From positions 22,506,001-22,570,000 of the forward strand of contig OZ336876.1 of NCBI GenBank assembly GCA_965287045.1: a stretch of DNA of 64,000 bases, written 5' to 3'. The notes beneath the pieces were generated by a model that saw nothing but the letters and a program-made list of their open reading frames with translations, was not told the origin of the DNA and made no database searches. The stretch's first letter is position 1. Each line of letters begins with the position of its first letter. This DNA is from Carcharhinus amblyrhynchos. Taxonomy: Eukaryota. Below are positions 48,655-62,309 of this stretch, one piece after another. A program made the translations under genes and the position numbers.

Positions 48655-49698
48655 CTCATAGAAGACAGAGGGTGGTAGAGGAGGAAAAATTTTCAGACTG
48701 GAGGCCAGTTACTAGCAGTGTACCATAGGGATCAGTGCTGGGTCCTCTGCTATTTGTGATTTTTATCAATGACTTGGAAGGGGGGACTGAAGGGTGGGTT
48801 AGTAAATTTGCTGATAACACCAGGATTGGTGGAGTAGTGCATGAGGTGGAGGGCTCTTGCAGGCTGTAAAGAGACATTGATAGGATGCAGAGCTGGGCAG
48901 AAAAGTGGCAGATGGAGTTTAACCCTGATAAGTGCGAAGTGATTCATTTTGGTAGGACAAACTTGAATGCGGATTACAGGGTCAAGGGCAGGGTTCTGAG
49001 GAATATGGAGGAACAGAGAGATCTTGGAGTTCGTATCCACAGACCTCTGAAGGTTGCCACTCAAGTGGATAGAGCCGTGAAGAAGGCTTATAGTGTGTTA
49101 GCGTTTATTAACAGGGGGGTTGAGTTTAAGAGCTATGGGGTTATGCTGCAACTGTACAGGACCTTGGTGAGACCACATTTTGAATATTGTGTGCAGTTCT
49201 GTTCACCTTAGTATAAGAAGGATGTGGAAGCATTGGAGAGAGTGCAGAGGAGATTTACCATGATGCTGCCTGGTTTGGAGGGTAGGTCTTATGAGGAAAG
49301 ATTGACAGAACTGGGGCTTTTCTCTTTAGGGTGGAGGAGAATGAGAGGTGACTTAATAGAGGTTTATAAGATGATAAGGGGGATAGATAGATTGGACGTG
49401 CAGAGACTATTTCCTCGGGTGGATGTAGCTGTTACCAGGGTGCATAACTATAAGGTTCATGGTGGGAGATATAGGAGAGATGTCTGAGGTAGATTCTTTA
49501 CTCAGAGTGGTCGGGATGGGGAATGCACTGCCTGCTGTGATAATGGAGTCAAACACTTTAGGAACTTTCAAGTGGTTATTGGATGGGTACATGGAGCACA
49601 CCAGAATGATCGGGAGTGGGATAGCTTGATCTTGGGTTTGGACATAGCTCGGCACAACATTGAGAGCCAAAGGGCCTTTTCTGTGTTGTACTATTCTA
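48655..49698 (+). mobile_element. 5'-truncated CR1 (HER1-like) LINE
   Basis: RT ORFs 48885-49211 and 49224-49487 with internal stops. Confidence 0.93.
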
Positions 49699-50214
49699 AA
49701 TTAATGTTTTCTATTTGACATAATTTTATGTCAACAGTATGATCATAAAATGTTTTTTTCTCCCTTTCCTTACATTTTATTATTCAAAATAAATCATCTA
49801 CAGAGTACAATCCTACAATACGCTAATCCTGACCATTTCCTGGTTAAGGTGAATTAATTTGTCTCCTTGTACAGCTGATCATGATTACAATTAAACTGTT
49901 TATGTGGCTGCTACAGTAAAGTATGTGCATCGTACACAGTATTCTCTGTAGAGCCATTAGCGCAAACCCACTTAACATACCTGCATCATTATTCTTCTTT
50001 CCAAAGGTAGATCTGTTAAGCTTGTATCTAAAATGATTTGTGTGCCATTGCCAATCCAGACAATTTATAACTGTTGAGATTTATATAGCAGTATTGTTAC
50101 CAGGCTAGAAAACAACTAATCTTAATTGGACTAGAGCCATCAGTAGCAGTTCCTCATAATTCATTTGCATCATTCTGTCTCCCTTTTACGTGTTACTGTC
50201 ACCAAGCTACATTT

Positions 50215-51080
50215 CTTTTTTATTCATTGCTGGGATACTTGCATTGCTGGCTAGACTAGCATCTGTTGCCCACCTCCGAGTACCCTTGAGAAGGTGACAG
50301 CCAGCCGCTGTCTTGAACTGCTGAAGTCCATATAGTTTAAATATATCCACAGTGCTATTAGAAAGTTCCAGGATTTTGACCCAGCAACAGCAAAGGAACA
50401 GTGGTATGGTTCCATGTCAGAATGGTGAGTGGCTTAGAGGGAAACTTGCAGGTCGAGTTGTTCCCATGTCTTTGATATTCTTGCTCTTCTAAATGTTAGA
50501 AGTCAGGCAAGGAAGAAGGGTTTTCAAAAGTGCTGTTGAAGAATGTTTGGTTGTCTCTTATTAACACTGCTGACACTCTGTGCTGGTGATGGGAAGAGTG
50601 AATGTTGCAGTGGATAGGGTGTTGATCAAGAGGGCTGTTTTTTTCTGGATAAGGTCAAGCTTCCTGAGTGCCCTTTGTATTCATCTGGACAAGTGGAGAG
50701 TGTTCCATTGCGCATCTGACTTGCACCCTGTAGATGGTGGACAGGCTTTGGGGAGTCACGATGCCACGGAATTCCCAACCTTTGACCTGCTATTGTAAGC
50801 ACAGTATTTAAATGGCTAGTCCATTTAAGTTTCTGGTCAATGGTGATCTCCAGGATATTGATGGTGGGGACTCAAATTGATAATGCCATTGAATGTCAAG
50901 TGGAGATGGGTAGATTCTCTCTTGTTGGAGATGGTCATTGCCTGATGCTTGTGTGGTATCAATGTTACTTACCATTTATCAGCCCAAGTCTGTATGTTGT
51001 CCAGATCTTGTCACTCCTCAGCACAGACTGCTTTAGTATTTGAGGGCTTACGAATGGTTCTGAACATGGTGCAATCACAG
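50215..51080 (-). mobile_element. Old CR1-clade LINE
   Basis: Same family as 9195-9680 and 3423-4020. Confidence 0.8.
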
Positions 51081-51479
51081 GTTAAAACTTAAAAATCTGC
51101 AGCCTCCTAGAAGATGACTGTTGGCGCCCATGATCTCTCATTATCAACAGTTGTGAAAATGTCCACCACCTTCCAGGGCATTTCCAGAGATGCGTCCTAG
51201 ATCTCCTACTTAGCAGCCCATGAATGCCCAAGACAGGTCTCTGATGGGTTATTTGCCATGGTTGGCAATGAGTGAACTTTTTCTATGATGACACCGGTTA
51301 GAGTGAGTGGGTGCTCAGGTCCCTAGCTTCCTTCCCATAGCTACAAGGTATCATTGACTGCAGCCATAGAGTCCAAATATATCAAATCAGGAATATTTGT
51401 AAACTGCAAGTGATTTTGTAGAATATCTTGTGGCTCACGCTCCTGTCTCTGAGATAAGCTCTGGGTTCAGGCCCCATTC

Positions 51480-51812
51480 GAGCACAGTGGTTAGCACTGC
51501 TGCTTCACAGCTCCAGGGACCTGGGTTCGATTCCCGGCTCGGGTCACTGACTGTGTGGAGTTTGCACGTTCTCCTCGTGTCTGCGTGGGTTTCCTCCGGT
51601 GCTCCGGTTTCCTCCCACAGTCCAAAGGTGTGCGGGTTAGGTTGATTGGCCATGCTAAAATTGCCCCTTAGTGTCCTGGGATGTGTAGGTTAGCGGGATT
51701 AGTGGGTAAATGTGTAGGGATATGGGGGTATGGCCTGGATGAGATTGTGGTCGGTGCAGACTCGATGGGCCGAAGGGCCTCTTTCTGCACTGTGGGTTTC
51801 TATGATTCTATG
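51480..51812 (+). mobile_element. Young HE1/V-SINE-type SINE
   Basis: B-box GGTTCGATTCC, CpG-rich, TTCTATGATTCTATG tail. Confidence 0.95.
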
Positions 51813-52177
51813 AGGAATTAATGGCTTTGGAAGAAGTGTTCATGATGCAGAAAAGCAAGTTAATAATCAATCTGCTAGCCCTTCCAACACAAACACATGA
51901 CAGGGGGTAAGAGTGGGAGAGACCCCTGGTCAACAATTCCTGACAACAGGCCTTGCCAATATTGAACAGAATTCCCTTATGAGAAAGGTATGAGCCGGGT
52001 TACATCCTACAGTGAATGAACACAGCCAAAGAAGAGAGGATCTTATTCAATTAATGTGCAGCTGGTGAGTAACCATGAGAAATGTTGTATGCAGATTTAG
52101 GCCAGATTCATGTGGAACTGTCATGGTGCTTTCATCCTGTGACAATCATCAACTTCAATGAATTACAAGCATATTTA

Positions 52178-52522
52178 GGGTGGCATGATAGCTCAGTGGT
52201 TAGCACTGCTGCTTCACAGCTCCAGGGACCTGGGTTCGATTCCCGGCTCGGGTCACTGTCTGTGTGGAGTTTGCACATTCTCCTCGTGTCTGCGTGGGTT
52301 TCATCCAGGTGCTCCAGTTTCCTCCCCCAGTCCAAAGATGCGCGGGTTAGGTTGATTGGCCATGTTAAAATTGCCGCTTAGTGTCCTGAGATGTGAAGGT
52401 TAGAGGGATTAGTGGGTAAATGTGTGTGGATATAGGGGTAGGGCCTGGATGGGACTGTGGTTGGTGCAGACTCAATGGGCTGAAGGGCCTCTTTCTGCAC
52501 TGTAGGGTTCTATGATTCTATG
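52178..52522 (+). mobile_element. Young HE1/V-SINE-type SINE with consensus Pol III boxes
   Basis: A-box TAGCTCAGTGG 52189-52199, B-box GGTTCGATTCC 52233-52243. Confidence 0.95.
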
Positions 52523-52524
52523 GT

Positions 52525-53732
52525 TAGAACATAGAACATAGAACACTACAGCACAAACAGGCCCTTCGGCCCACGAGTTGCGCCGATCACATCAACACCT
52601 ACCAACCTACAGACCTATCTATAACCCTCAATCTCATTAAACCCCATATACTCATCCAGAAGTCTTTTAAAAGACCCCAGCGAGTTCGCCTCCACCACCA
52701 CTGACGGCAGCCGATTCCATTCACTCACCACCCTCTGTGTGAAAAACTTACCCCTAACATCACTTCTGAACTTCCCTCCTTGCACCTTAAATCTGTGTCC
52801 TCTCGTAGCAACCATTTCAACCCGGGGAAATAGCCTCTGAGAGTCCACCCTATCTATTCCTCTCAACATTTTGTAAACTTCTATCAGGTCGCCTCTCAAC
52901 CTTCGTCTCTCCAGGGAAAAGAGTCCCAGCTCCCTCAACCTAACTTCATAAGGCATGCCTCCCAGTCCAGGCAACATCCTTGTAAATCTCCTCTGTACCC
53001 TCTCAATAGCTTCTACATCTTTCCTATAGTGAGGCGACCAGAACTGCGCACAATACTCTAAATGAGGCCTGACAAGGGTCTTATAAAGTTGCAGCATTAC
53101 CTCCCGACTCCTAAACTCAATCCCTCGATTAATGAAGGCCAGTACACCATACGCCTTCTTGACCACCTCCTCCACCTGCGAGGCCGATTTAAGAGTCCTG
53201 TGGACCCGGACCCCTAGATCCTTCTGCTCTTCAACACTACTCAGACTTCTGCCCTTGATAGTGTACTCGTTCATCCCGTTGGTTCTGCCAAAATGGACGA
53301 CTACACATTTATCCGCGTTGAAGTCCATCTGCCACTTCTCCGCCCAGTCCTGCATCCTATCTATGTCCTGCTGCAACTTTTTCCATCCTTCCAGACCATC
53401 CACAACACCACCGACCTTAGTGTCATCAGCGAACTTACTTACCCATCCCTCCACTTCCTCATCCAGGTCATTTATGAAAATGACAAACAACAAGGGTCCC
53501 AGAACAGATCCTTGAGGCACTCCGCTGGTGACTGACCTCCATTCAGAAAAAGCCCCATCCACAACCACTCTCTGCCTTCTGCAGGCAAGCCAATTCTGGA
53601 TCCACAAGGCCAAAGGCCCTTGGATCCCATGCCCTCTCACCTTCTCAAGAAGTCTTGCATGGGGGACCTTATCAAACGCCTTGCTGAAGTCCATGTACAC
53701 CACGTCCACGGCACTTCCTTCGTCAATGTGTT
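52525..53732 (-). mobile_element. Very young 5'-truncated CR1 (HER1-like) LINE with ORF open to its natural stop
   Basis: 378-aa uninterrupted ORF 52615-53751 (DFSKAFDKVPH, GVPQGSVLGP, FADD, FFTQRVVSEWNRLP); (TAGAACA)n tail. Confidence 0.97.
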
Positions 53733-56399
53733 CAGTCAATGTGTTCGTCAATGTGTTCTTAAGAGATAGCTGCTAAGACACTAAAGATACCCTCTTCAGA
53801 GTTGGCTGATAACATTTGGTGAGAATCAAGTGTACACCAGGTCTATTAAGATAAAAGCTGAACACGTCTGGGTGCTGTTGCACCACCCCAGCATGTCAAA
53901 ATTACACTTTTCAACTTTCATTAGCAGTCATGCAACATGGTCCATCACTCATGCATCTCATCTAAGAGGGGGAGAGGGTGGTGAAACTGTCTCCAGCAAT
54001 AAGGCAAAACAGGGGACAGTGAACAAGCAGCCCTGTTTACAGCTAGCTGATGTCCTTGCTAAAGAAGTCTATAAGGGGTATACATAGACCAGATAATTTC
54101 ACTGCACCGCCTCCCACAATGTATCTGGGCACAATGCACACTGGAGAATAACTCTTCTATTTTAACTCTCTGGTGCAAGCAGAATGGTAAATAGGGTGGG
54201 CTGAGTGACAGGACAATTTTGAACTAGACAAATTGATTAACCCCTTGCAGCAAGAACAACATCACAACCACTGTCACTTCTCATATCTACTATCCCCCCA
54301 ACCACTGTAACCCCACTTCCCTCAGTCAGGTAGCATTCGTATTGACCGAGGCAGTAGAAGGACTTTCCTTGCTCTTTGTTTATTACTGCTATGAGATTTT
54401 CTACCAACTGGAGTTTCCCACAAGGTCAGCACAAACCCAGGCAAAGGGCATGTTTTTGATTGCCAGTGAAATCAGGCAATGAATGATCATAATGGTTCTG
54501 AACCACAAGCTCGCTAACCTCCAGGCTAACATTCTCATTTGTTTTGCTCTGCACCAGGGATTCAAAAGTAGAAAATAACCCATTGGCTCTCTCAAGCCAA
54601 TTCATGAGATAATATGAAGGAACTGATAGATATTTTCAGGGCCTCCATGTATATGGAAAATGGTGATTCAAATCTAAGTATTCAAATCAAAACTTCAAGC
54701 AAAAAAATCATTGCTGTGGCATTTTAACACTAGTAATGAGGGAGATGCTTTTATTGGATGTTATTCATGTTTTTTCAAAGGAGTAAAGAATCATAAGGAG
54801 CAATTAGTGTCATTTCTAAAGCAATAGGTCACAACTCATGGATCCACTGTTTCAGAAGGTAATTGGGTCATGAATGAAGACTGTTTCTTGAATACAATTC
54901 ATTCAGATTTTTTGTAATCATTCCACACCTGAGGCCATTAAATAACATGTAAACATCCATGGACTGAACAGCAAACAATCTAAGAGAAAAGGAAATATTG
55001 TAGGGCATTTTGCACATTTTTTCTACATGATCATCTAATTATATGGACTTTTTTTTTAACGTGGAAACCATTTTTAGTCACATAGGATCAGATTAGGCAC
55101 CCTCCTGATTTGACCAACTGCTGAATATCTCCAGGGTGAGCCTAGATGAGGGAAAAAGAGAAAAGTTAGCATTTAAATATTGCCTTTTGTGACTTCATAA
55201 CATTGCAAAGCATTTCACTGCCGATGATGTTTTGGAGGTTATTTTAACTCCATGAATGGGTAGGTTTGGCTTGCGTAGGAGAATAAAAAGTTAAAAGTCT
55301 GAAACAGGAAGCCAACCTATCTCAAACAATTCACCTCCAGTTTTAACAGAGGTTGGACAAGGGGTTGCTGAACATGCTCCCCCCCCGGTTTTCAGGTGGT
55401 GGGCTAGTTACTTACATTTTCTGATGAGCAGTGTGCTGTGATTTTATCAGGGATTTTATCTTTAACAGCAGTAGGCCAGGTTTTCCTGGCCTCAGGAAAT
55501 CCAGCAGGCTTTGAAACCATGAGGTGAGTGCATTTGCGGAACTACTTGTGGGTCAGGAGTGTTTCCTCCAGATCCAAGAAGCCACTCAACAAACCTTCCC
55601 TACTGTGATCCGCCTGCTTTGCCCCATTTCCCCTCTGCCTTCAGCCTACCCAGACCATCAACTAACCATCTACCCTCCCAAGTGACAACTGATTTCCCCT
55701 ACCATCTGCCTCCCTAGTAGATGGAATTGGATTGCCTGACCATTATCTATTCTTCCCAGGAGCAGACCCTCACTGATCACTACCACTCCGCAATCTCTCT
55801 TACCTGACCTACCCACTGTCAACTCAACTGTAACCATGTGCTGCAGAATTTCCTGTCCGACAGCGGCTGTGGATGAGAAACCTACAGAATTTTCTTTGAG
55901 AAACATCCCGAATGTACCAAGTGCTGGAAAGTGCGATTACACTAGCTAGTTGTTTTTCAGCCAATTTTGACGTGATGGTGGCATATCCTCCTCCTGTTCC
56001 AAAATTTTCTTCTTTGATTCTATGTAAAGTTTGAACGATAAATATTAAATTCACTATCCGGTCCAAACAAGCTACATCTCTATTAGGACTATTATAATAT
56101 ATCTATCCATTGTTATATCTGTATTATTTATTTTGTAAATTCTCTAAATTCATATATACAAAACTCATTTCTAAGCTCAATTTTCAGAACCATGATTTTT
56201 ATTCTTCTTCTTGGCTTTATCGTTTTATATTTGACATCCCTTGTCTTTTTTACAACCATGATTTTATTTCACTCATAGTCTATATATCTTTCTTTCTCCT
56301 GCGATATTTCAGAACATCAGACTATCTATTTTAAAAGGCTCCGTGTCCATTGAAATGACTGTAAGGATTCTGCTGCTGATCTCTCTCAGATCTGGCTTT

Positions 56400-56830
56400 T
56401 GTTCATGACCTAACAGATTGATTTAAATTCCTCCTTTACTGCCCTGTATACCCTTGTCACAAAGACATTTGTGCTGTTTCAGTTGAAGTTAAGGTTGCCC
56501 CTTTGGTATATCTTTTTGGTTGCTCCAGAGTTCACATCAATGCCCCAAGAGTTTTACCCTTCAGTCCTGCACCAGACCTAGAGTCTAGTGTTTGACTTTT
56601 TAATTTCCTCTACTTACAAGCCCATGTAGCATTGGAAGTAATCTCAAGATTACCATCCTTGTGGATTGTATGTCATTTACAAACTCCCTGTGCAAGATCT
56701 CAAACAGACTTGTACCTACATCATTAATTCTGACAGGGGCTACACATTTTGGCTATTGATCTCCCTCCATCCCCCCAGATATTCCATCCATCAATGATAT
56801 CCTGACATGAGAAGGAGCAAAACTGGAACT
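56400..56830 (-). mobile_element. Decayed CR1 ORF1 (SGNH esterase-like) fragment
   Basis: Minus-strand peptides RINDVGTSLFEILHREF, MVILRLLPML, VWCRTEG..LGH and STNVF match the CR1 ORF1 esterase pattern (GTND..., ISGLLP, WC..EGF.F..HW). Confidence 0.55.
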
Positions 56831-56934
56831 CTGGAATAGTACAAAATAGGCTAAATGTTCATTATGACAGATTCCTGTCTCTTTAAATCAAACTGTGTCT
56901 CATTTCATTGTGTTCTTGGCTCACTGGTAGTCAC

Positions 56935-57074
56935 ATCTCTACACCCTAGCTACGACTGTAATCGATATTCTGCACTCCTTTCCTTCTTGATGAACAGTAT
57001 GCTTTATCTGTATAGCATACAAGAAACAATACTGTTCACTGTATACTAATACACGTGACAATAATAAATCAAAT
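56935..57074 (+). mobile_element. Rex1/Babar 3' UTR fragment
   Basis: Reverse-complement match to 15416-15560, ends GTGACAATAATAAATCAAAT. Confidence 0.8.
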
Positions 57075-58094
57075 TTTCTCCTCTAATGTCAGAAATCAAA
57101 CATTCATCCCCTCTAGCCTTAGAAATCAGCATTTGAGTACGTAATCAAAATTAAGACTTCAATGTAGTATTGAAGAAATGTTGCATTGTTGAAATGAACA
57201 TGTTTTGGATGAGATGTTAAACTGAGTTCCATTGTGTCTGATTAGTTGGACATCCTGTGCTACGGTTTGGAAAAAGACACAGACTGGGGCTTTCTGCTCC
57301 CACTCTTCTCGGACGGGTTTAACGACAGGAGTGGAAAATCTTGTAAGAGATCCAAATTGTGTTGTACATCAGTGGGAAGCCTCATTGTGAATGTCCTTGA
57401 TTCCTCCCCCTTCCCCCTTCCTCCCCCCCACACCCACACCCACCCCAGTGACATAATGGGAACATCAGGAATCCAATTATCATGAATTTGAATATTATTA
57501 CCAGGCCTCTAAATCCAATAATCCTCCAATCCCTGACTTGCATTATGACTGGTCTTCCACAGTGTGCATTTGGTGGGCAGACTCACTGGAGGAGCTCAGG
57601 TGGGTGCGTTGCTCTGGGGGGGAAAATGGACATGCTCAGGCAACACCCGGTCATTGATTTTGTTCTAGAGCACAGGACGGTGGTGGGGGGGGGAGGGTTC
57701 TTCTATTTTAACTTTTGTGTACTGGGACGGCCTTTAAAAATGGCACCCTGATCTTTAAATAAAAAGTTGCTGATGAGACAGGCACAATCTCAGCTCGCCT
57801 CACGAGTGTGACAACATGGGATTCACCTCTTCCGACCTATCTCCCTCGCACAGCGGTGGAAAAATCTGCTGTTTGGGCTGAGCAACATTTTACATTTTAC
57901 CACCCACTGCTCACTCTACAAGAAAATGTTAAAATTAGGTCCACGGAAAATTCTCCAGCTGTACTGGCCAGCACTTATCTCTCAGCCAACATCCAGGATC
58001 TCATTGCTATTTGTACAACCTGAATATGTGTAAGCCTGTCTATAAAACTGTATCAACAATGTTCCCATGTTGGGAACAAGGGCATGAATAGTCC

Positions 58095-58398
58095 CATAGA
58101 ATCCCTAAAATGCAGAAAGAGGCCCTTTGGCCCATTGAGTCTGCACTGACCACAATCCCACCCATGCCCTATTCTCGTAACCCCACACATTAACTCAATT
58201 AATCCCCTAACACCAAGGTCAATATGTCATGGCCAATCAACCTAACCCGCACATCTTTGGACTGTGGAAGGAGCAGCCAGAGGAAACCTAGGCAGACACA
58301 AGGAGAATATGCAAACTCCACACAACAGTGGCCCAAGGCCGGAATTGAACCTGGTTCTTGGCATTGTGAGGCAGCAGTGCTAAGCAATGTGCCACCCC
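58095..58398 (-). mobile_element. HE1/V-SINE-type SINE
   Basis: Reverse complement of SINE head, core and tail. Confidence 0.9.
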
Positions 58399-60099
58399 AA
58401 TGTTATATAAACGTTAGTTCTTTCTTTGTGCATCACGCCATGATGTTATAGTTTTGCTCAATTTGACACTCTCCTGAGCACTGTTGCAAACAAAGGATAG
58501 TTACCATCAATTGCATAGCAAAAAGAGGTAAACCAGCTGAAATAGGTGTTTCAGCTAGCTAGCAGTAACCCCTTCTGAAAATTTTAGTTGGTCATTGTCA
58601 GTGCTAACACTAACAAAATGACACTGCTCTGATAATGCCAACTCTGACAGGCTTAAAATCAACCATGGCATCTCTATACTTTTTTTTATTGCAGATGAAT
58701 TGTTCCCATCTACCTTTCTGATTATTGTTTTCAATGCCTCAGTTTTAAAACCACTACGACAAATTTGTGAATTGTGCTAGATGCATTAATGAGGTCTGAG
58801 TATGAATTGCCGTTCCCAATTAAAACTGAAGTGCTCTGTGTTAGCACTGTAATATTGTTATAATGAGTTTGGTATGGTCATTCTTGGATCACTACGTTCC
58901 AAATCAGCTCACCAGATACTGAGATGCCCATTGAAAGGTTCAGACAAAAAGACAGAGACACACAAAAATGAATTATTTGCAATTATTCCCTTTTAAAGGC
59001 AGGTAAAATGGTGAATGACCATAATTCTGGATCAAATGCACACTCTCCATTTGAACAATGCATTAATTGTATTTTATTTTGATCATTATTTGAATGTCTT
59101 ACCTTTGACTATTAATATACTGCATATCTGTATATGAATTGTATGCCTTGTTTTTGTTCTTAAAATGAATGTCTTAAAATGGACTCTGAACTGAAACACT
59201 GATAAAGTTAGGTAGCACTAGCACAGAGAAGCATTCCATGATACAACTGTAAGTAGCATGTGATGGATCTTGTACAAGTTTACGGTCAACATTTCAGAGA
59301 CTGGTAGAGAACAAATGTGTACAAAGTGACATAATTTATGGAAGTCACTATAAGTGTAACATTAGCTAAGATAAGTGAGCTTTTCTCATATATTCGTAGG
59401 CTGTACGCATTGCGTGTTAGCTTAGACCCAACACTTCCGAATTTGGAAGAGCTATTCACAGCTATAAATGGAACACATGCCTATAACACTTATGTTCCTC
59501 AGAAAGTAGTTCCCAACACATAACATTAGTTTCTAGCTATGTAGTTCCTAACTATTTACAGATGATATAACAATATATAAAAGTGCCTCTTTTATCAGCA
59601 AAATAATTGTGAATAAAACCTACTGTACAACTAGCTGAATCTGTGGCTCAGAGGCAATACCAGCGATGAACCAAATTAGTACAGACAACATTTGTTTCCA
59701 TTCTGATGAGAATACATGAATCTCAGTTTCTGTAAATATATTCTCCCTAAAAAATTAAACATGATATTCTGAAGACAAAATCAATACAGATTAGACCTTG
59801 TATTTGAAAGCAATCAGAAGGGAGAAAGTAATTATTCATCTAGCCCATTGATCACATATTAACAATGAAGAAACCTGGCCTGTATTAAATAGGTCAATGG
59901 TTTTAAATCCAATTGAATCAAGTTAGTCAAATGTCCCACTTTGTGCTCAAAGATTTTTTCCTTCCTGTTGTTTGAGAGATCCTCAGATGAAATAAATTGG
60001 TAATTTCAAACGGACTTTTCATGACTTTCAACATTGGGAGAAAATACAGGTGAAGGAAAATGAACATTGAATTGCTTAAATCACTTTTTTTGTTATTTT

Positions 60100-60240
60100 A
60101 GGGAAATCAGCTCCTCCAACAGTACAGCATTCCCTCAGCGCTGCACTGGAATGTCAGTCTGATTTTTTTGTATTGAAGTCCTGGAAGTACTTGAACCCAC
60201 AACTTGGAACGAAGAGGCAAAAATGTCACCAAGGCTGACA
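60100..60240 (-). mobile_element. Deu-domain SINE 5' fragment
   Basis: Minus strand GACTGACATTCCAGTGCAGCGCTGAGGGAATGCTGTACTGTTGGAGG. Confidence 0.7.
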
Positions 60241-61304
60241 CAGAGGGCAGGAGAAAACAACTTTACAAACATGAGTGCAGTAGCCTATAAAGCAGGCCGT
60301 GAGAAGGTGGTGAGAACAGCTGGTTATTGTTGTTAATACAAAGATTGCTGCCTGACGAAAAAAGTTTATGATTTCATGTGAGTTGTCAAGGTCAACAACT
60401 GTATTTTTCAAATAATCACCTGTGTTTCACACTACTCCATTCTGTTACCTACCAACATTCATTATTGGGCATGACTCACACCTCAAATTTATAGCCTTAT
60501 TTCACATTGATATTCATTTAGAACCTCTGCAAGCCTCACCATCATCCTGATCCATTGCCACATTGTTATGGGCAGGGAAAAGACAGTAGAGATGGTTTCC
60601 CTTTCTTCCTCTGTGTGACTGGCTGACTGAAGACCAAACACATCTTAACCCTTGAGTGCTGTAACTGTTAGGAACAGACAAATAATAGACTTTCCCATTA
60701 AGTCTTAAAAAGATAAATGTTTATTGTTCCACACCTGAAAAGATGCAACTATACCCACTCATAGGCACACACAAGAAAAGATTGTATCACATGCATTTAG
60801 CTCTTAGGAGTTCAAGGGCTCTTTGCTACACTTTCTTTTCCTTAGGGTGAAGACTTGAAACAATACAGGCCTGTACTCCACGTTTTATCCACAAATCAGC
60901 ACTGAAGGTTAGGAGGTCAGATTCACTATTGTTTAACGTTCACTGTCACAGTTTTCTCTTATTTCACTCCATTCAATGTGTAAAGACTACAGCCCTGTAG
61001 TGAAGCTCTGGTACAGTTTCTCACGTAAGGGTTCAACATCAACTTAAGTCTTAGCCTACTAGTGTTTCTTAGGCAGGGTCATTTTCCCTTTGCATGGTCT
61101 AGATGTTTCTATCATGCCTGCTTAGAAAATGCCTTATTAAATCCTCTTAACAGAAACCTAGAATGGGATTTTTCAGTCCCGTCCACCACCAGGATCATCT
61201 TGCCCCGCTGAAAGTCAATGAACTTTTGGCTGGTCTGTCTCATTTCCTGCAATGGGCCCTGCCACTGTGGGTTGGAAAATCTTGGCCTTAATTTCTGTTA
61301 TGTG

Positions 61305-61575
61305 ACCAGAGCACTGTTGCCTCACAGTACCAGGGGCCATAGGTTTGATCCCAGCCTTAGGTGCCTGTCTGTGTGGAGTTTGCACATTCTCCTTGTGTCT
61401 GCGTGGGTTTCCTCTAGGTGCAAGTTAGATTGAATGGTCATAGTAAATTGGCTTCAGCGTCAAGGTTAGCAGTGTAAATATGTAGGAGTTACTGGAGTAG
61501 GGCCTGGGTGGGATTTGTATTAGTGCAGGACTGATGGACTGAATGGCCTCCTTCTGCAATGTAGGGATACAATGA
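61305..61575 (+). mobile_element. HE1/V-SINE-type SINE, degraded
   Basis: TGTGTGGAGTTTGCACATTCTCCTTGTGTCTGCGTGGGTTTCCTC core. Confidence 0.85.
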
Positions 61576-61880
61576 TTCCATTGCTCTCCAGTAGTTACTA
61601 ATGGTTAAGGCACTATCAGACAATGCAGTTTGTACACTCACATATTATTCAGATAAGATATGTACATTCACATCCATATTCTTGATTCAAGTTTTGGCTT
61701 TGAAAAGTCTGCAACAGTATAGTGAAACCAATCTTAATTAGTTGGAGGAATAATCAGTCAGTCATTAACCATAGGAAAGGTAGTTTGCATTTTAATAGCT
61801 TCGCAAGTATATGTCCAAAAAGATCATTTGCATTTTGTTGATCTCACCAAAGCTAGCACAGACATGATTAGCTCAGGACA

Positions 61881-62066
61881 CAAAAGAGCAAATGCTGGAA
61901 AATCTCAGCAGGTCTGGCAACATCTGTAAGGAGAGAAGAGAGCTGACATTTCGAGACTCGAAACGTCAGCTCTTTTCTCTCCTTACAGATGCTGCCAGAC
62001 CTGCTGAGATTTTCCAGTATTTTCTCCTTTGGTTTCAAATCTCAGCATCTGCAGTAATTTGCTTTT
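61881..62066. mobile_element. PLE-terminus-derived fold-back element (75-bp arms)
   Basis: 61881-61955 versus 61957-62031: 6 mismatches, 1-nt loop; right arm extends to CAGCATCTGCAGTAATTTGCTTTT. Confidence 0.9.
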
Positions 62067-62309
62067 ATCCAACAACTAGCTCAGGGTCTTTGTAATACAA
62101 CATGTATTTGCAGGAAAGAAAAAGATCATCTGGCTTTTCAACTCAATGTTGTTTTATACAAAAAGTGTCCACTTTGGGTTTATACTTTATAAGTTTATAT
62201 TCACAGTTTGCACATTTGTGTTGCGTGAGTGTGACACAATGTACTGATAAAATTCCCTCTCGTGCTGGATAAGAGTACTTGCAAATGCTAACACCTAATC
62301 AGCATGTAC

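Noticed and set aside
51480-52522. tRNA genes
   Set aside because: A and B boxes are present but run straight into SINE body and tail; no complete cloverleaf or oligo-T terminator
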